This document shows, in pieces, positions 20,781 to 30,267 of a stretch of DNA of 64,000 nt. Numbering within the stretch: position 1 is the first letter of the stretch; each line of letters begins with the position of its first letter. The notes beneath the pieces were generated by a model. The model was not told the DNA's origin, did not search any database, and saw only the letters and a list, made by a program, of their open reading frames with translations. The stretch lies in the sequence record PV472050.1; one strand, written 5' to 3'. The translations under genes and the position numbers were made by a program.

Positions 20781-21026
20781 ATGACTGGGGATTTCGACCA
20801 TCTCAGTAACCGTCAACTGGCAGACTTACTGGCGGGTTACCATTTGTACGGCACTACGCGGACGAGCGAGATACCCGGGCCTGTAATGCTCAAACTCATC
20901 CGAAAACGTCTCCGGGCAACTGAACCTCTACCTGATATCATTCCCTGTCTCGACGACGGCAAAGACGAACGTGTGCTCGGTCTGCTTGGTGAACGCATCA
21001 CGGTTAAAGGAAAAGAAAAACAATGA
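20781..21026 (+). CDS. Hypothetical protein (81 aa)
   Basis: GGAG RBS upstream; ATGA overlap with the next gene. Confidence 0.65.
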   Translation: MTGDFDHLSNRQLADLLAGYHLYGTTRTSEIPGPVMLKLIRKRLRATEPLPDIIPCLDDGKDERVLGLLGERITVKGKEKQ

Positions 21027-21463
21027 CACATCGTGGGGTTAATGAAATTAAGAATACATTCGATCTCTTACACGTGAGTGTAGAGGATCAAACGAATGCG
21101 GGGATATTGATACGGTTATTGGAAAGGGAGGCGAAGATTACCTTTGCTAAGGCTGATGCGTTGTTTGTGATGCTGGTAAGGCGTCTAGCAGCGCTTAGGC
21201 GAGGCGATCAGGTAGAAAGGAGTACGGTAGAGGCGGGTAAGGACAATCGGCTCTATTGGAAGCTTACAGAAGCGTACAGAGTACTTCAAGATAAACCCCC
21301 TACCGATCCTCCGTTGTGTAAAGTCCCTGACGGGTTGGAAGATGTCTTCTTAGCCTTTACGAAGACAGAACCGTTGTATCAAGAAGGCCCCGGGTATTAC
21401 GGGGCGGTGTATGCAGGTGACCGCTTACTGACTGCACCTCCTCCTGTAGACTTTGAGTCATGA
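21023..21463 (+). CDS. Hypothetical protein (146 aa), probable paralogue of the upstream gene
   Basis: Coupled ORF sharing motifs with 20781-21026. Confidence 0.65.
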   Translation: MTHRGVNEIKNTFDLLHVSVEDQTNAGILIRLLEREAKITFAKADALFVMLVRRLAALRRGDQVERSTVEAGKDNRLYWKLTEAYRVLQDKPPTDPPLCKVPDGLEDVFLAFTKTEPLYQEGPGYYGAVYAGDRLLTAPPPVDFES

Positions 21464-21513
21464 AAACAGTAAATGTTTACTGGTATACCCACTTACTACC
21501 CCATTACTGACCT

Positions 21514-21540
21514 CCCTACCTAAGCCCAGCTTAGGTAGGG
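21514..21540 (+). terminator. Terminator-like hairpin
   Basis: CCCTACCTAAGC-CCA-GCTTAGGTAGGG. Confidence 0.7.
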
Positions 21541-21574
21541 GGTGTTATACCGCATTTAAGCTAAAGGGGAAATC

Positions 21575-21587
21575 AAACCTATATTAC
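21575..21587 (+). promoter_or_regulatory. Candidate phage RNAP promoter AAACCTATATTAC
   Basis: It contains TATTAC, the phiKZ early promoter core. Near-identical motifs occur at 27321 and 40325. Confidence 0.6.
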
Positions 21588-21629
21588 CGGCGTGATTATA
21601 CCCAATGGATCATTTAGGAGATTCGGTTT

Positions 21630-22337
21630 ATGCATTACCAAGTGGTGTTTGAACAAGACCTATTGGGTAAAACCCATACACATGACACCGGTCTGTTCAT
21701 TAACGGTGAATCCAAACGGTTTTTTACCACGTTGTTGGATCATAACGAATCGGTGTTGTATGACGTGTATGCCGGACACCTGGTGATTATCCGTGAAACC
21801 AGCGAGGGGGAAGTGGAGGAATACCTAAGCGATCGGTCGTATGATTACCAGACGTTACCGTTGTTGGTGGTGATTGCGTGCTATAAGCACAATAAGCGGG
21901 TGGTGAAGATGGGACGGAGTACCCATACCCTGATGTTCCACGACAACAAGGACGGGCGGTTTGAAGCCGTATTAGAAGCTGGTAAAGTCACCCTCCACGA
22001 TAAGGAGGGGTTGGTCTTTACCCAAGACGGGGATTATTACCTGTCTCTACCGGAAGAACACGTGGCGAATATCATGCTGGAACGGTTGAATCACAGCTTG
22101 AAGTTCTTTGACGAGAAATACAAGGTTCGGTTTAAAATAGGACGGAACTATGTGTATTTCCCGTTAACGGAAGTCTTTGCAGACCCTGAGGTCCGGAATA
22201 TCCGACTGCGGTTGGATAACCTAACGATTACTCAACAGAGCTGGGATCGTCTCAGGGAGCAGCTCATGGACCTGTTGGAAGACTACACCCAACCGACTCG
22301 AACTGTTCGCATGGATCTACCTATCAAGGGGGCGTAA
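21630..22337 (+). CDS. Hypothetical protein (235 aa)
   Basis: AGGAG RBS upstream; lies downstream of the promoter motif. Confidence 0.7.
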   Translation: MHYQVVFEQDLLGKTHTHDTGLFINGESKRFFTTLLDHNESVLYDVYAGHLVIIRETSEGEVEEYLSDRSYDYQTLPLLVVIACYKHNKRVVKMGRSTHTLMFHDNKDGRFEAVLEAGKVTLHDKEGLVFTQDGDYYLSLPEEHVANIMLERLNHSLKFFDEKYKVRFKIGRNYVYFPLTEVFADPEVRNIRLRLDNLTITQQSWDRLREQLMDLLEDYTQPTRTVRMDLPIKGA

Positions 22338-22696
22338 TGGCGTATCAGGAATATGGATCTACGTTCGTTCACGACGGTAAAGTCTACCACCTCAATGACT
22401 TCCTCCGTCGAAGTGAAACACTCCCCATTCAAACGGTTCCTTTAAAGGACTTTGAATGGCTCCTGGCACATGCCGTTGAAGAGGATAAGGACAGGATTAA
22501 GCGAGCGGACTATTCCTTTCCGTTGTTGATTACGGAATGGGAAGGGGAGTGGGTGATCATTGATGGCTGGCACCGGTTCCTTAAAGCCCATTGGGACGGA
22601 CAACCCACCTTGAACGTTAAGGTCATTCCAACGGACTGGTTTAAAGGTAAAGGAAGGTCCTTTAAACTAAAGGGTTACCGTAATCGCGTTACATAA
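22337..22696 (+). CDS. Small ParB/sulfiredoxin N-terminal-like domain protein (119 aa)
   Basis: 'ADYSFPLLITEWEGEWVIIDGWHRFLKA' matches the P-x(n)-IIDG-x-HR signature of the ParB/Srx fold. Confidence 0.7.
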   Translation: MAYQEYGSTFVHDGKVYHLNDFLRRSETLPIQTVPLKDFEWLLAHAVEEDKDRIKRADYSFPLLITEWEGEWVIIDGWHRFLKAHWDGQPTLNVKVIPTDWFKGKGRSFKLKGYRNRVT

Positions 22697-22705
22697 CGTG
22701 ACATA

Positions 22706-22741
22706 CCCCTACCCCCTAGCGCTCAGGCTAGGGGGTAGGGG
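22706..22741. terminator. Bidirectional terminator-like hairpin (15 bp)
   Basis: CCCCTACCCCCTAGC-GCTCAG-GCTAGGGGGTAGGGG lies between convergent genes. Confidence 0.75.
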
Positions 22742-22761
22742 GTCTATTATTCATTTTGTCT

Positions 22762-24294
22762 TTACATGGCGTCCCAATCTTTCACGACATCACCATTCTC
22801 ATTAAAGCGTTGTTGCAAAGACCGTCTAAAGGCGGGTTTACCATTAATGTCATGTACAAGCCCTAACACGGGATCAAGATCATAAATAAAGAACCGCTTC
22901 TCAGGTGAACACCCTTCACCCCGTTGTTTACCAATGGAACAGGTAAAGTAATTCTTCATGGACGTCTTCGCCACATGAATGGTAATGACACCATCCACTT
23001 CGTTGGTAATCTTCGTAGACGTTTCTGTCATTGACTTACCAGAGACTTCCCGAGCGAAGTAGACCTCAGACTCATCATCCAGTTCTTTTAGTAGTTTCTT
23101 AGCTTCAGGGCTCAACTGGTGAGGTGTTAAGAAACAAATACCCCGCGCAATCATAAATGACCGGACAGTGCGGAACAGTAATTGAAGTTTATCGGACTTA
23201 TTCTCCCCAGGGAGTTTATCGAAATTCTGCAACGCCAAGTAATCATACCCGTACAGAATGATCTCGTGACCTTTGAGTTCCAATTGCCGTACCCGAGCGA
23301 ACATCTTATCCCGGTTGTCTTTATGGGCTTCAATCTGGTTAATCACCAGGTACCACCCATTCTTCCGGAAGCAATCCGCAATAGCGGTTACAATGTCTAC
23401 GCTTTCAGTCACCTGAAAGTCCCGGTCTTCTTTGTACTTGGTGGTTACCGCCAGCTTGTAGATCCGACGAATCACCAGCTCCATGGCATCCTCAGCCGAT
23501 TCATACAGGATCGTTGGAATCTTAGCCTTATTCCGCAGCATGGGTTTGTTGTACATCCCTGCTGAGGCAATCAGGTGAGCCATACCGAAAGACTTACCTC
23601 GGTTCGTCATGGCTTCTAGGAGGTACATCTTACTTCGACGTAGTCCTCCATCCGGTTCCAATCCTTGATTGAGACCTTGAATACCGGTTTTAATGATCCC
23701 TTCTACACTGTTCTCCGTCTTCGCCATCTCGATGATATCGAGCATACTTTCCGGCGTGCCTGTATTGACGGAACTCACCACTTCAGATTGACGTTCCCCA
23801 TACGCGTTATTCACACGCTCTTGGATCAAATCAATCAGTTTAGCAAAGTCTTCGGGTTTGGTATCAACGAGGTCCTTGTACAGAACTTCTTTCATAGCCT
23901 TCTTGAACTGCTTCTCGAAGACCTCATCTTCCATACTGGAACGAATCTCCGTAATCTGTTTATACACCAGACGACGAGACAGTTCCTCTGTTTCCAGGTC
24001 TTCCAACCCGACATTCACCGCATCCCTGAGACTGTCATCATTCTTACAGAAGATCGCTACCCGCTGCATCAGCAACGATTTTATAAGTGGATCGTCATTG
24101 GACTGGTCTAATAGCCAGCTAATTGAAGACCGGATACTGTCCCTGACACGTCGGTCTTGCGACATCACATCGGGATTTGGGGCTGGGAGTTCTTCCAGTA
24201 AGTCTGTCAGTTCTTCGATCAGGTTCGTGTCTTTTAGTTTTTTGGCCTGATATATTGCTGATAACAGTTTTACTAACACCAGCAAATCGTTCAT
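22762..24294 (-). CDS. dnaB: DnaB-like replicative helicase (phiKZ gp118-like), 510 aa
   Basis: It has Walker A 'EAMTNRGKS', 'YESAED', Walker B region 'YGYDYL', 'LTPHQLS' and the arginine-finger region 'GKQRG'. It sits two genes upstream of the capsid gene, on the opposite strand. The start was set at ATG 24294. Confidence 0.85.
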   Translation of the reverse strand: MNDLLVLVKLLSAIYQAKKLKDTNLIEELTDLLEELPAPNPDVMSQDRRVRDSIRSSISWLLDQSNDDPLIKSLLMQRVAIFCKNDDSLRDAVNVGLEDLETEELSRRLVYKQITEIRSSMEDEVFEKQFKKAMKEVLYKDLVDTKPEDFAKLIDLIQERVNNAYGERQSEVVSSVNTGTPESMLDIIEMAKTENSVEGIIKTGIQGLNQGLEPDGGLRRSKMYLLEAMTNRGKSFGMAHLIASAGMYNKPMLRNKAKIPTILYESAEDAMELVIRRIYKLAVTTKYKEDRDFQVTESVDIVTAIADCFRKNGWYLVINQIEAHKDNRDKMFARVRQLELKGHEIILYGYDYLALQNFDKLPGENKSDKLQLLFRTVRSFMIARGICFLTPHQLSPEAKKLLKELDDESEVYFAREVSGKSMTETSTKITNEVDGVITIHVAKTSMKNYFTCSIGKQRGEGCSPEKRFFIYDLDPVLGLVHDINGKPAFRRSLQQRFNENGDVVKDWDAM

Positions 24295-24319
24295 GCTAAC
24301 CCCTGAGAGTGTAAAGTAG

Positions 24320-24865
24320 ATGATTTTTAAATACCCTAACGGTTTACCGTTCGAGTTGTATGTGGTAACCGGGGAGTTGGTTGACACCCTGGTGGCTCAA
24401 TCCATCCCGCTCAGTGGATTGAAAGAAATTTCTGCATACCATGACAAGATCACTTTTGGTGAAATGGCTAACTTTGTAGCCTTGCAGTATGCGGCGGCCA
24501 AAGTCTTTGGTGTAGAAATGCCTGACCCTACGGCGTACTTTGGTCATGGGTATAACGCGGGGATGGTAGCCGAAGCATTTAATGGGGTGGACAGTGATGC
24601 AATAGCCACCCTCCTTCGTACCGCCAATCATTTCCGATCGACGGTTAATGGTCAAGTGATTCTCATTGGAGTCGAGGTAGGGGACCATAAAGCCACCGCT
24701 AGCTGGGAGAAACTTCAAGCCAAAACAATCTCAACCGCCGTATTGGAAACACTTTATGCAAGGGTCGGTTATTTGGAAAGTCATTTCGGTCCTGTACCGA
24801 AAGCAGGTTTAGGGGAATTGACTCTGGCTGAAGTGTTCAAGCTGATCCACCTTCAAAACCCCTGA
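24320..24865 (+). CDS. Conserved virion protein upstream of the capsid gene (phiKZ gp119-like), 181 aa
   Basis: Position between the helicase and the major capsid protein, as in phiKZ-like phages. Confidence 0.55.
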   Translation: MIFKYPNGLPFELYVVTGELVDTLVAQSIPLSGLKEISAYHDKITFGEMANFVALQYAAAKVFGVEMPDPTAYFGHGYNAGMVAEAFNGVDSDAIATLLRTANHFRSTVNGQVILIGVEVGDHKATASWEKLQAKTISTAVLETLYARVGYLESHFGPVPKAGLGELTLAEVFKLIHLQNP

Positions 24866-24882
24866 TTAAAAGGCTGCATGCA

Positions 24883-24890
24883 TTTTATGT
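24883..24890 (+). promoter_or_regulatory. Candidate late promoter (TATG at the start site) for the capsid gene
   Basis: TTTTATGT about 60 nt upstream of the capsid ATG. phiKZ late promoters have TATG overlapping the TSS, but the motif is short, so support is weak. Confidence 0.4.
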
Positions 24891-24947
24891 GCAGTTCTAT
24901 TGCGCAACAAACATGTTTGTTACTCATCTCGAACAGGATTTACATCC

Positions 24948-27173
24948 ATGGCAAAGCAACTACGAACCTCCATTAATGGAGACAACAATCTTTTCAGCGA
25001 TGTCTGCAAGTCTCTGGTAGCCGGTAGTCTTTCCAACATCACCGGTAACGAGAGCTTCGCAGACTTCCGTAGCACTCTTCAGAGTGCGGGTGGTCAGGAA
25101 GGTTTTCTGGTCAACCGTCTGATCGGTCGTTCGCTTCCGAACGTCAGTGGTACCGAGGGCCTGGACCTGCACACGGGCTTCAACTCGGCTACTTACGACA
25201 TCGTCCAAGGTATCCTGGAACGCAAGAGCCGTGACCTGATCCCCATGGACTGCGTTCGTATCTTCCAAGAAGCCGGTGATAACTTCGCCAAGGTGGAAGG
25301 TGCTGAAGGCTTCTCGATGCAGAACTTCGAGGGTCGTGAGCAAGAGATCCGTGCCGCCAACCTGACCCTGAACGCCCAGAGCCACCTTCAAACCGAAGGC
25401 GCTGAAGCCCTGTTCGCCACCGTCGGTGTGCGTTATCAAGACGAAGGCGCTGAGCTGATCGTTCGTGCAGCAGGTCTGGGTACCTACGCGTACGGCAACA
25501 CCCCGTGGCAATCGGCTTCGGAACTGCGTCCGATCTTCGGCCTGCTCCGCAGCGGCGATATGTTCAAAGACGAAGCCCTGGCCGTCTACCCGGTATACCC
25601 GGACGATAACGCGAGCGAAGACCGTGCCTTCTTCGTGGCCAGCAGTGTCATCGCCCCGCGTCCTGTGAAATACCCGCAAGGTGACGCCTACGGTCGTGGT
25701 GAGCACGAAACCCAAATGCTGGCGGTTCCGGTATCGATTCCGAACCTGCTCGCCCTGACCCAAGCGCCGGGCCAACGTCCGTGGAATTCCACCGACGAAC
25801 TCGAATCCAACTCCATCTCCGTGTCTCTCATCGCCGCGAGCGGTAAGTTGGACGGCACCGATATTTCGTTCTTCATCAAAACCGGTGCCATGTCGAACAA
25901 CACCTTCGCCCCGACCAGCAACGGTCAGTCCAGCGATGAGCGTCAACTGAACCTGCAAGTCAAACAACTGCCGGGCTTCTCGGTGAGCGACAAAGACGGC
26001 AAAGTGGTGGGTGAAACCATTTTCGCCAGCTTCAAGTCCGCGGGTTACGAACCGCTGCTGGCCTTCCGCCTGACTGGCAGCTACCAACGCCAGACCAACG
26101 AGTTCAACCTGCAACCGGGTACTGTAACCATCACCGCTGTTCGCAACATCACCACCGGTGTGGTCACCAAGATCGGCTTCGCTGACAGCACGGTTAAAGC
26201 CCTGATGCGCTCCTTCACCGAAGGTAAACTGATCGGCGCTATTACCACCCAGAACGTATCGAACACCAACCGCGGTAACTTCGGTTATCGAATTGAAGTG
26301 TACGATGCCAAGAAACACCTGTCGGTGAAACGTCGTTCCCCGATCTCGGTGAAATACCCGATCTCGGCTGATGACGTCAACCAGGCGAGCCTGGACTTCG
26401 CACTGAGCCAGATGTCGGTGGTGATTAACAACCAATGCTCCGCTCACGCCTTCCAAGCGGCTGAGAAGCACATCGAGTATGTCACCTCGATTACTGGTCA
26501 GCCGGTGGTGGCCAACGACCAAGGTTCGGAAGTGCTCGCGGGTCAGCACTTTGTAAGTCCGATCGCCATCAACCGTAGTTTCAAGCTGTCTGATGTGATC
26601 TCGGCTAACAGTTCTTCGGATGTGTTCGTGTCGGTGGCATCGGCCATTACCAACGAGATCGCTGATATCGTTGCGGCCCTGAACACCAAGTCCGGCCTGG
26701 CATCCATTGCGGAATACAGCACTGGCAATACCAAGAACGCCTGGACGGTGGTCGTCCATCAGAACTTGAGCCGTTTCATCTTCCGTTCGGGTGATGCGCG
26801 GACCATTGGTCCGATCAACAACCTGAAAGTGGTTGAAACCAACTTCGACAGCATGATCGGTAAGATGTACATCGTTCCGACCAACGATTCCAACAACGAA
26901 ACCATTAACCCGCTGGCGGGTATTGGTGTTCTGGTATCGAAGGAGAACGTGGTCGTACAGGGTAACATCACGCGTGACAACAGCGACTTCGGTGTCGTGA
27001 TGACCCTGCCGAGCTACAAACACTGGCCGCTCAACGTGGTCATTGGTTCTCTGGTCATCGAAGATGCTGAAGACCTGCTGAGCGACAAAGGTCTCATCAA
27101 CCAACTGGCCGTCAAACGTGTCAAGGTTGAGAACATCAAGGATGCGAAACCCGACCCAAACGCCGGTCCGTGA
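24948..27173 (+). CDS. Major capsid protein (phiKZ gp120-like), 741 aa
   Basis: The size fits, and the propeptide has G-x-E sites ending near 'EGAEGFSMQNFEG'. It shows strong high-expression codon bias, sits in the helicase-gp119-MCP-gp122-RNAP order, and is followed by a terminator. Confidence 0.9.
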   Translation: MAKQLRTSINGDNNLFSDVCKSLVAGSLSNITGNESFADFRSTLQSAGGQEGFLVNRLIGRSLPNVSGTEGLDLHTGFNSATYDIVQGILERKSRDLIPMDCVRIFQEAGDNFAKVEGAEGFSMQNFEGREQEIRAANLTLNAQSHLQTEGAEALFATVGVRYQDEGAELIVRAAGLGTYAYGNTPWQSASELRPIFGLLRSGDMFKDEALAVYPVYPDDNASEDRAFFVASSVIAPRPVKYPQGDAYGRGEHETQMLAVPVSIPNLLALTQAPGQRPWNSTDELESNSISVSLIAASGKLDGTDISFFIKTGAMSNNTFAPTSNGQSSDERQLNLQVKQLPGFSVSDKDGKVVGETIFASFKSAGYEPLLAFRLTGSYQRQTNEFNLQPGTVTITAVRNITTGVVTKIGFADSTVKALMRSFTEGKLIGAITTQNVSNTNRGNFGYRIEVYDAKKHLSVKRRSPISVKYPISADDVNQASLDFALSQMSVVINNQCSAHAFQAAEKHIEYVTSITGQPVVANDQGSEVLAGQHFVSPIAINRSFKLSDVISANSSSDVFVSVASAITNEIADIVAALNTKSGLASIAEYSTGNTKNAWTVVVHQNLSRFIFRSGDARTIGPINNLKVVETNFDSMIGKMYIVPTNDSNNETINPLAGIGVLVSKENVVVQGNITRDNSDFGVVMTLPSYKHWPLNVVIGSLVIEDAEDLLSDKGLINQLAVKRVKVENIKDAKPDPNAGP

Positions 27174-27250
27174 GTCCTGCGAATTACGGGCGGCTTGAGT
27201 ATCCAGAGCTGCCTTAGTAGGTACCTCACGGAAATTGCGTGTACCATTAG

Positions 27251-27284
27251 CCCTACCCACTCCCCTAACCGGGAGTGGGTAGGG
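27251..27284 (+). terminator. Capsid gene terminator hairpin (14 bp)
   Basis: CCCTACCCACTCCC-CTAACC-GGGAGTGGGTAGGG followed by TTATATTT. The stem is identical to the one at 1427-1467. Confidence 0.8.
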
Positions 27285-27320
27285 TTATATTTGCAGTTAT
27301 ACCGTTTATTGGAATATTTT

Positions 27321-27333
27321 AAACCTACATTAT
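27321..27333 (+). promoter_or_regulatory. Candidate phage RNAP promoter AAACCTACATTAT
   Basis: Same motif as at 21575 and 40325. It lies upstream of the operon carrying the RNAP subunit. Confidence 0.6.
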
Positions 27334-27390
27334 CCTTGGGTACAAGACAATAGGTTATCTGACCGCGCACCAGATGATCTTGACACTAAC

Positions 27391-28542
27391 TTGAGGATCC
27401 TCACCATGAATGACGTTTCACCCTACCGGCATTTCCGGCTGACTTATGATATCACTAATATGAGCAGCAAACAGATTATCGTCAAGGCGAAAGGAGGATT
27501 GAGTTACCTTATTCGCAAACCGCTAGAGGCTTCGTGGTATCCCGGGGCGATGATTGACATCAAATTCGATCGTCTGTATGTCGGTGATTTCAGTTTTGAT
27601 AAGTCAGCAGCGCGGAGTAAATTCGATCGTCTGTTGATTGATAAGATCCAAGCTCACCTGAGCTTTGTGTCGAGCAAAGAGTCGCACGTGGACATTCGGC
27701 AGTATCATGACTTCGGTGTCACGATCAAACTGAACAGGGATGTGGTTGAAGACCTGGAAGGCGAACCGATCCACAGTGATATCCTCGGTATCACGTTGTA
27801 TAACCGGGAAGAGAATAGCAGCGATCTCTATCCCCTGAATACACCAGACTACACCCTCAATGACCTGATGAAGTGGGGAATCAGTGAGAGTGATGAGCCG
27901 GGGGGTCTTCATTACTACGTGTATCTGAACGATCCCCTGAGTGTTCAAAACCCGTTGTACACAAATGTCATGGGTAAAGCGGTAATGGTCCCTACGGTCA
28001 GGGAGATGAATAAAGACCATGGGTTGTATGTGGGATTGGTCTGCGGTAATTCACTACCGAAGAAGCTATTCTACACCTTTGACCATCTCTGCGATGAAAC
28101 CCTGGGTTTCCTGGGTATCTTTAAGACCAAAGCAGAATGTGAAATGGGAGGGAACACGGAACGGGCAATGACTGCTGAGAAGAAAGTGGTTGAACTGAAT
28201 AAACAACTGAGTTCAGCCAACAACGAGATTTCCAAACTGAAGGACCTGGTGGACGAGAATGTCCGTAAGAGTGTTGAGTTGGGCATCGAGCTGACCCACC
28301 TCAAAAGTGCTCATCGGTTGGAACTCATGCAAGCGAGAAATGAACGTCAACTGGAGGTGAATCGGCTGCAAATCAACAATGATGCGACCAAAGTACGGAG
28401 TGAAATGGATAAGACCTTGAGTAAGGCGAATATCGAGTTCACCCGCCAGCGAGCCAGCGCTAACAACTGGGGAGAAGTGGCTAAGGCGATCGGGGCGATT
28501 GCAACCGTGTTTGCTGCGGGGTATAAACTATGTACTTCCTGA
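27391..28542 (+). CDS. Conserved hypothetical protein (phiKZ gp122-like), start uncertain (27391/27406)
   Basis: 383-aa ORF with a C-terminal coiled coil and hydrophobic tail, between the capsid and RNAP genes. Confidence 0.6.
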   Translation: MRILTMNDVSPYRHFRLTYDITNMSSKQIIVKAKGGLSYLIRKPLEASWYPGAMIDIKFDRLYVGDFSFDKSAARSKFDRLLIDKIQAHLSFVSSKESHVDIRQYHDFGVTIKLNRDVVEDLEGEPIHSDILGITLYNREENSSDLYPLNTPDYTLNDLMKWGISESDEPGGLHYYVYLNDPLSVQNPLYTNVMGKAVMVPTVREMNKDHGLYVGLVCGNSLPKKLFYTFDHLCDETLGFLGIFKTKAECEMGGNTERAMTAEKKVVELNKQLSSANNEISKLKDLVDENVRKSVELGIELTHLKSAHRLELMQARNERQLEVNRLQINNDATKVRSEMDKTLSKANIEFTRQRASANNWGEVAKAIGAIATVFAAGYKLCTS

Positions 28543-28554
28543 TAAGGTGGTAGG

Positions 28555-30267
28555 ATGGACCGGCAACTCATTAAACACATTGAAAATTCCATGCCGAAGT
28601 TCAATAAGTTACTGGTGGATGGATTTCATCAGAAGGAGTTTAGTAATGCGTTAGGAGTGTTCGATCATTCCATGAGGGCCATTCTGAAAAGTGTTGAGAA
28701 ACGGGGTGTCTTTTACAAGAAAACCGTACGAGCTTCACCCCGGGAGTTCATTGACTACTTGATCAACAGCAGTCGTAAAGTCTTCGATGTCCATAAGGAA
28801 AGCCTGTATCCGGTTAAGATCTGGATCCAGTATAAGGACCGAGGGGGTAAGTTAACGGACTTTTACACCTACACGATGCTCCCGTATACGGATAAGTACG
28901 GGGATCTGTGGTTGAGGGGATCGTTGTATAACCCTCAGATCGTACTCGCTGAACAGGGTCTACCCGTAACGAAAGAGAACGCCTTGTTCGTGAAAGTGCT
29001 GGGTTTCAAGTTTAAGATTGGAATCGAGCATTTCAATTTCTGTCAAGTCTTTACCGACACAGGGATTGAGACCCATCGTCACACGGATATCAACCTGGCG
29101 GCTAACCGGTTCTACAGTCCAACCGAATCCCGGAAGATCAAGGACAGTAAGACCCCTGTTCCGTTGTTGGCGTGGTATATCTTTGCGGACATGGGCTTCA
29201 GTACGGCCATGGAGGAATATGCGGAGTGTGACTTCCGTATAGGCTCTCTGGATGCGCTGCTTAACGAATGCAAGGCAGAAGACCGGTGGGAAGTCTTTAC
29301 TGGTCCTAAGCGTGCTTCGGATAATAAACCTTCGTTAGGTGATTATGTCAGTTTGGACATCGGTATTGCGGTACGGAACAAGTCTAGCAGTCGTAAGGAA
29401 CTGAGTGCAGTCGGGTTACAGTACAGCTGTGCTTTATTGTTCATTGCGAACTGTTGTTCGTCGTACTTTGATATTGAACGGTTGGATGATCCGGACTATT
29501 GGAAGCTGATCATAGGGCGGTGTTCCGTTAAGGCGGGTGACAGTGACGAGTACATCATGCGTTTGATGTATGAGCACTTCGATTCCATTCGGGAGTACCT
29601 GGATGAAGATTCGATTAAGAAGTTCGCTGCTAAATCGATCGTAGTGACCAATATGTTTGATCTGTTCAACTACATCATTGCGAACCGCAGTGAGATTGTC
29701 CAGACCACCGACCGTGCGTCAGCGTTCAATAAAGACTTGGCCAGTTTGGAATTCACGCTGGACAGTCTGCTGACGTCTGCCAATAACTTCAAGCACGATA
29801 TCAAGAACAACTCGGAAATCAACCAGAAAAAGGTGGCGAGGTTCTTGACTCACAATTTCCCTATTAAGGAGATCGACAATGCACAATACGCCAACCTTAT
29901 CCTGGAACCCACCCCTACGGATAATCCGTTCGTAGACTACGGGTTGGGCTGCATGCCCCAACACAAGGTCTATACCGGTGGTGGTAAGCGTAAACGGGGT
30001 GACTTCGACACGTCAGATAGTTCAACCTTCACCCACGCGTCGCTTCCCTTTGTTCATAGTTTTTTACGGGTTACGAATCCTAATCCTGATGCACGGGGAT
30101 TCCTTAATCCAAGCATTTATCTGATCAATAATCGTACAACGGGCTTAGACCCTCAATTTAAAGAACTCTACGAACGAACAGATAAACGCCTCAAGAAAAG
30201 AGAACCATGGCCATGGCAAACATCCTCCGTCCATCCGGACAAGTCAACCGAGGAACCGTCTCAATAG
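28555..30267 (+). CDS. Non-virion RNA polymerase beta subunit, N-terminal part (phiKZ gp123-like), 570 aa
   Basis: Size and position two genes after the capsid gene fit. 'LPYTDKYGDLWLRGSLYNPQIVL' resembles the beta N-terminal segment. No catalytic motif is expected in this split subunit. Confidence 0.75.
   Translation: MDRQLIKHIENSMPKFNKLLVDGFHQKEFSNALGVFDHSMRAILKSVEKRGVFYKKTVRASPREFIDYLINSSRKVFDVHKESLYPVKIWIQYKDRGGKLTDFYTYTMLPYTDKYGDLWLRGSLYNPQIVLAEQGLPVTKENALFVKVLGFKFKIGIEHFNFCQVFTDTGIETHRHTDINLAANRFYSPTESRKIKDSKTPVPLLAWYIFADMGFSTAMEEYAECDFRIGSLDALLNECKAEDRWEVFTGPKRASDNKPSLGDYVSLDIGIAVRNKSSSRKELSAVGLQYSCALLFIANCCSSYFDIERLDDPDYWKLIIGRCSVKAGDSDEYIMRLMYEHFDSIREYLDEDSIKKFAAKSIVVTNMFDLFNYIIANRSEIVQTTDRASAFNKDLASLEFTLDSLLTSANNFKHDIKNNSEINQKKVARFLTHNFPIKEIDNAQYANLILEPTPTDNPFVDYGLGCMPQHKVYTGGGKRKRGDFDTSDSSTFTHASLPFVHSFLRVTNPNPDARGFLNPSIYLINNRTTGLDPQFKELYERTDKRLKKREPWPWQTSSVHPDKSTEEPSQ

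Noticed and set aside
24960-27260. 766-aa antisense ORF over the capsid gene (likewise 10368-11642 over the head-protein gene)
   Set aside because: These are shadow ORFs produced by the biased codon usage of the sense gene. They have no RBS and a non-protein-like composition.
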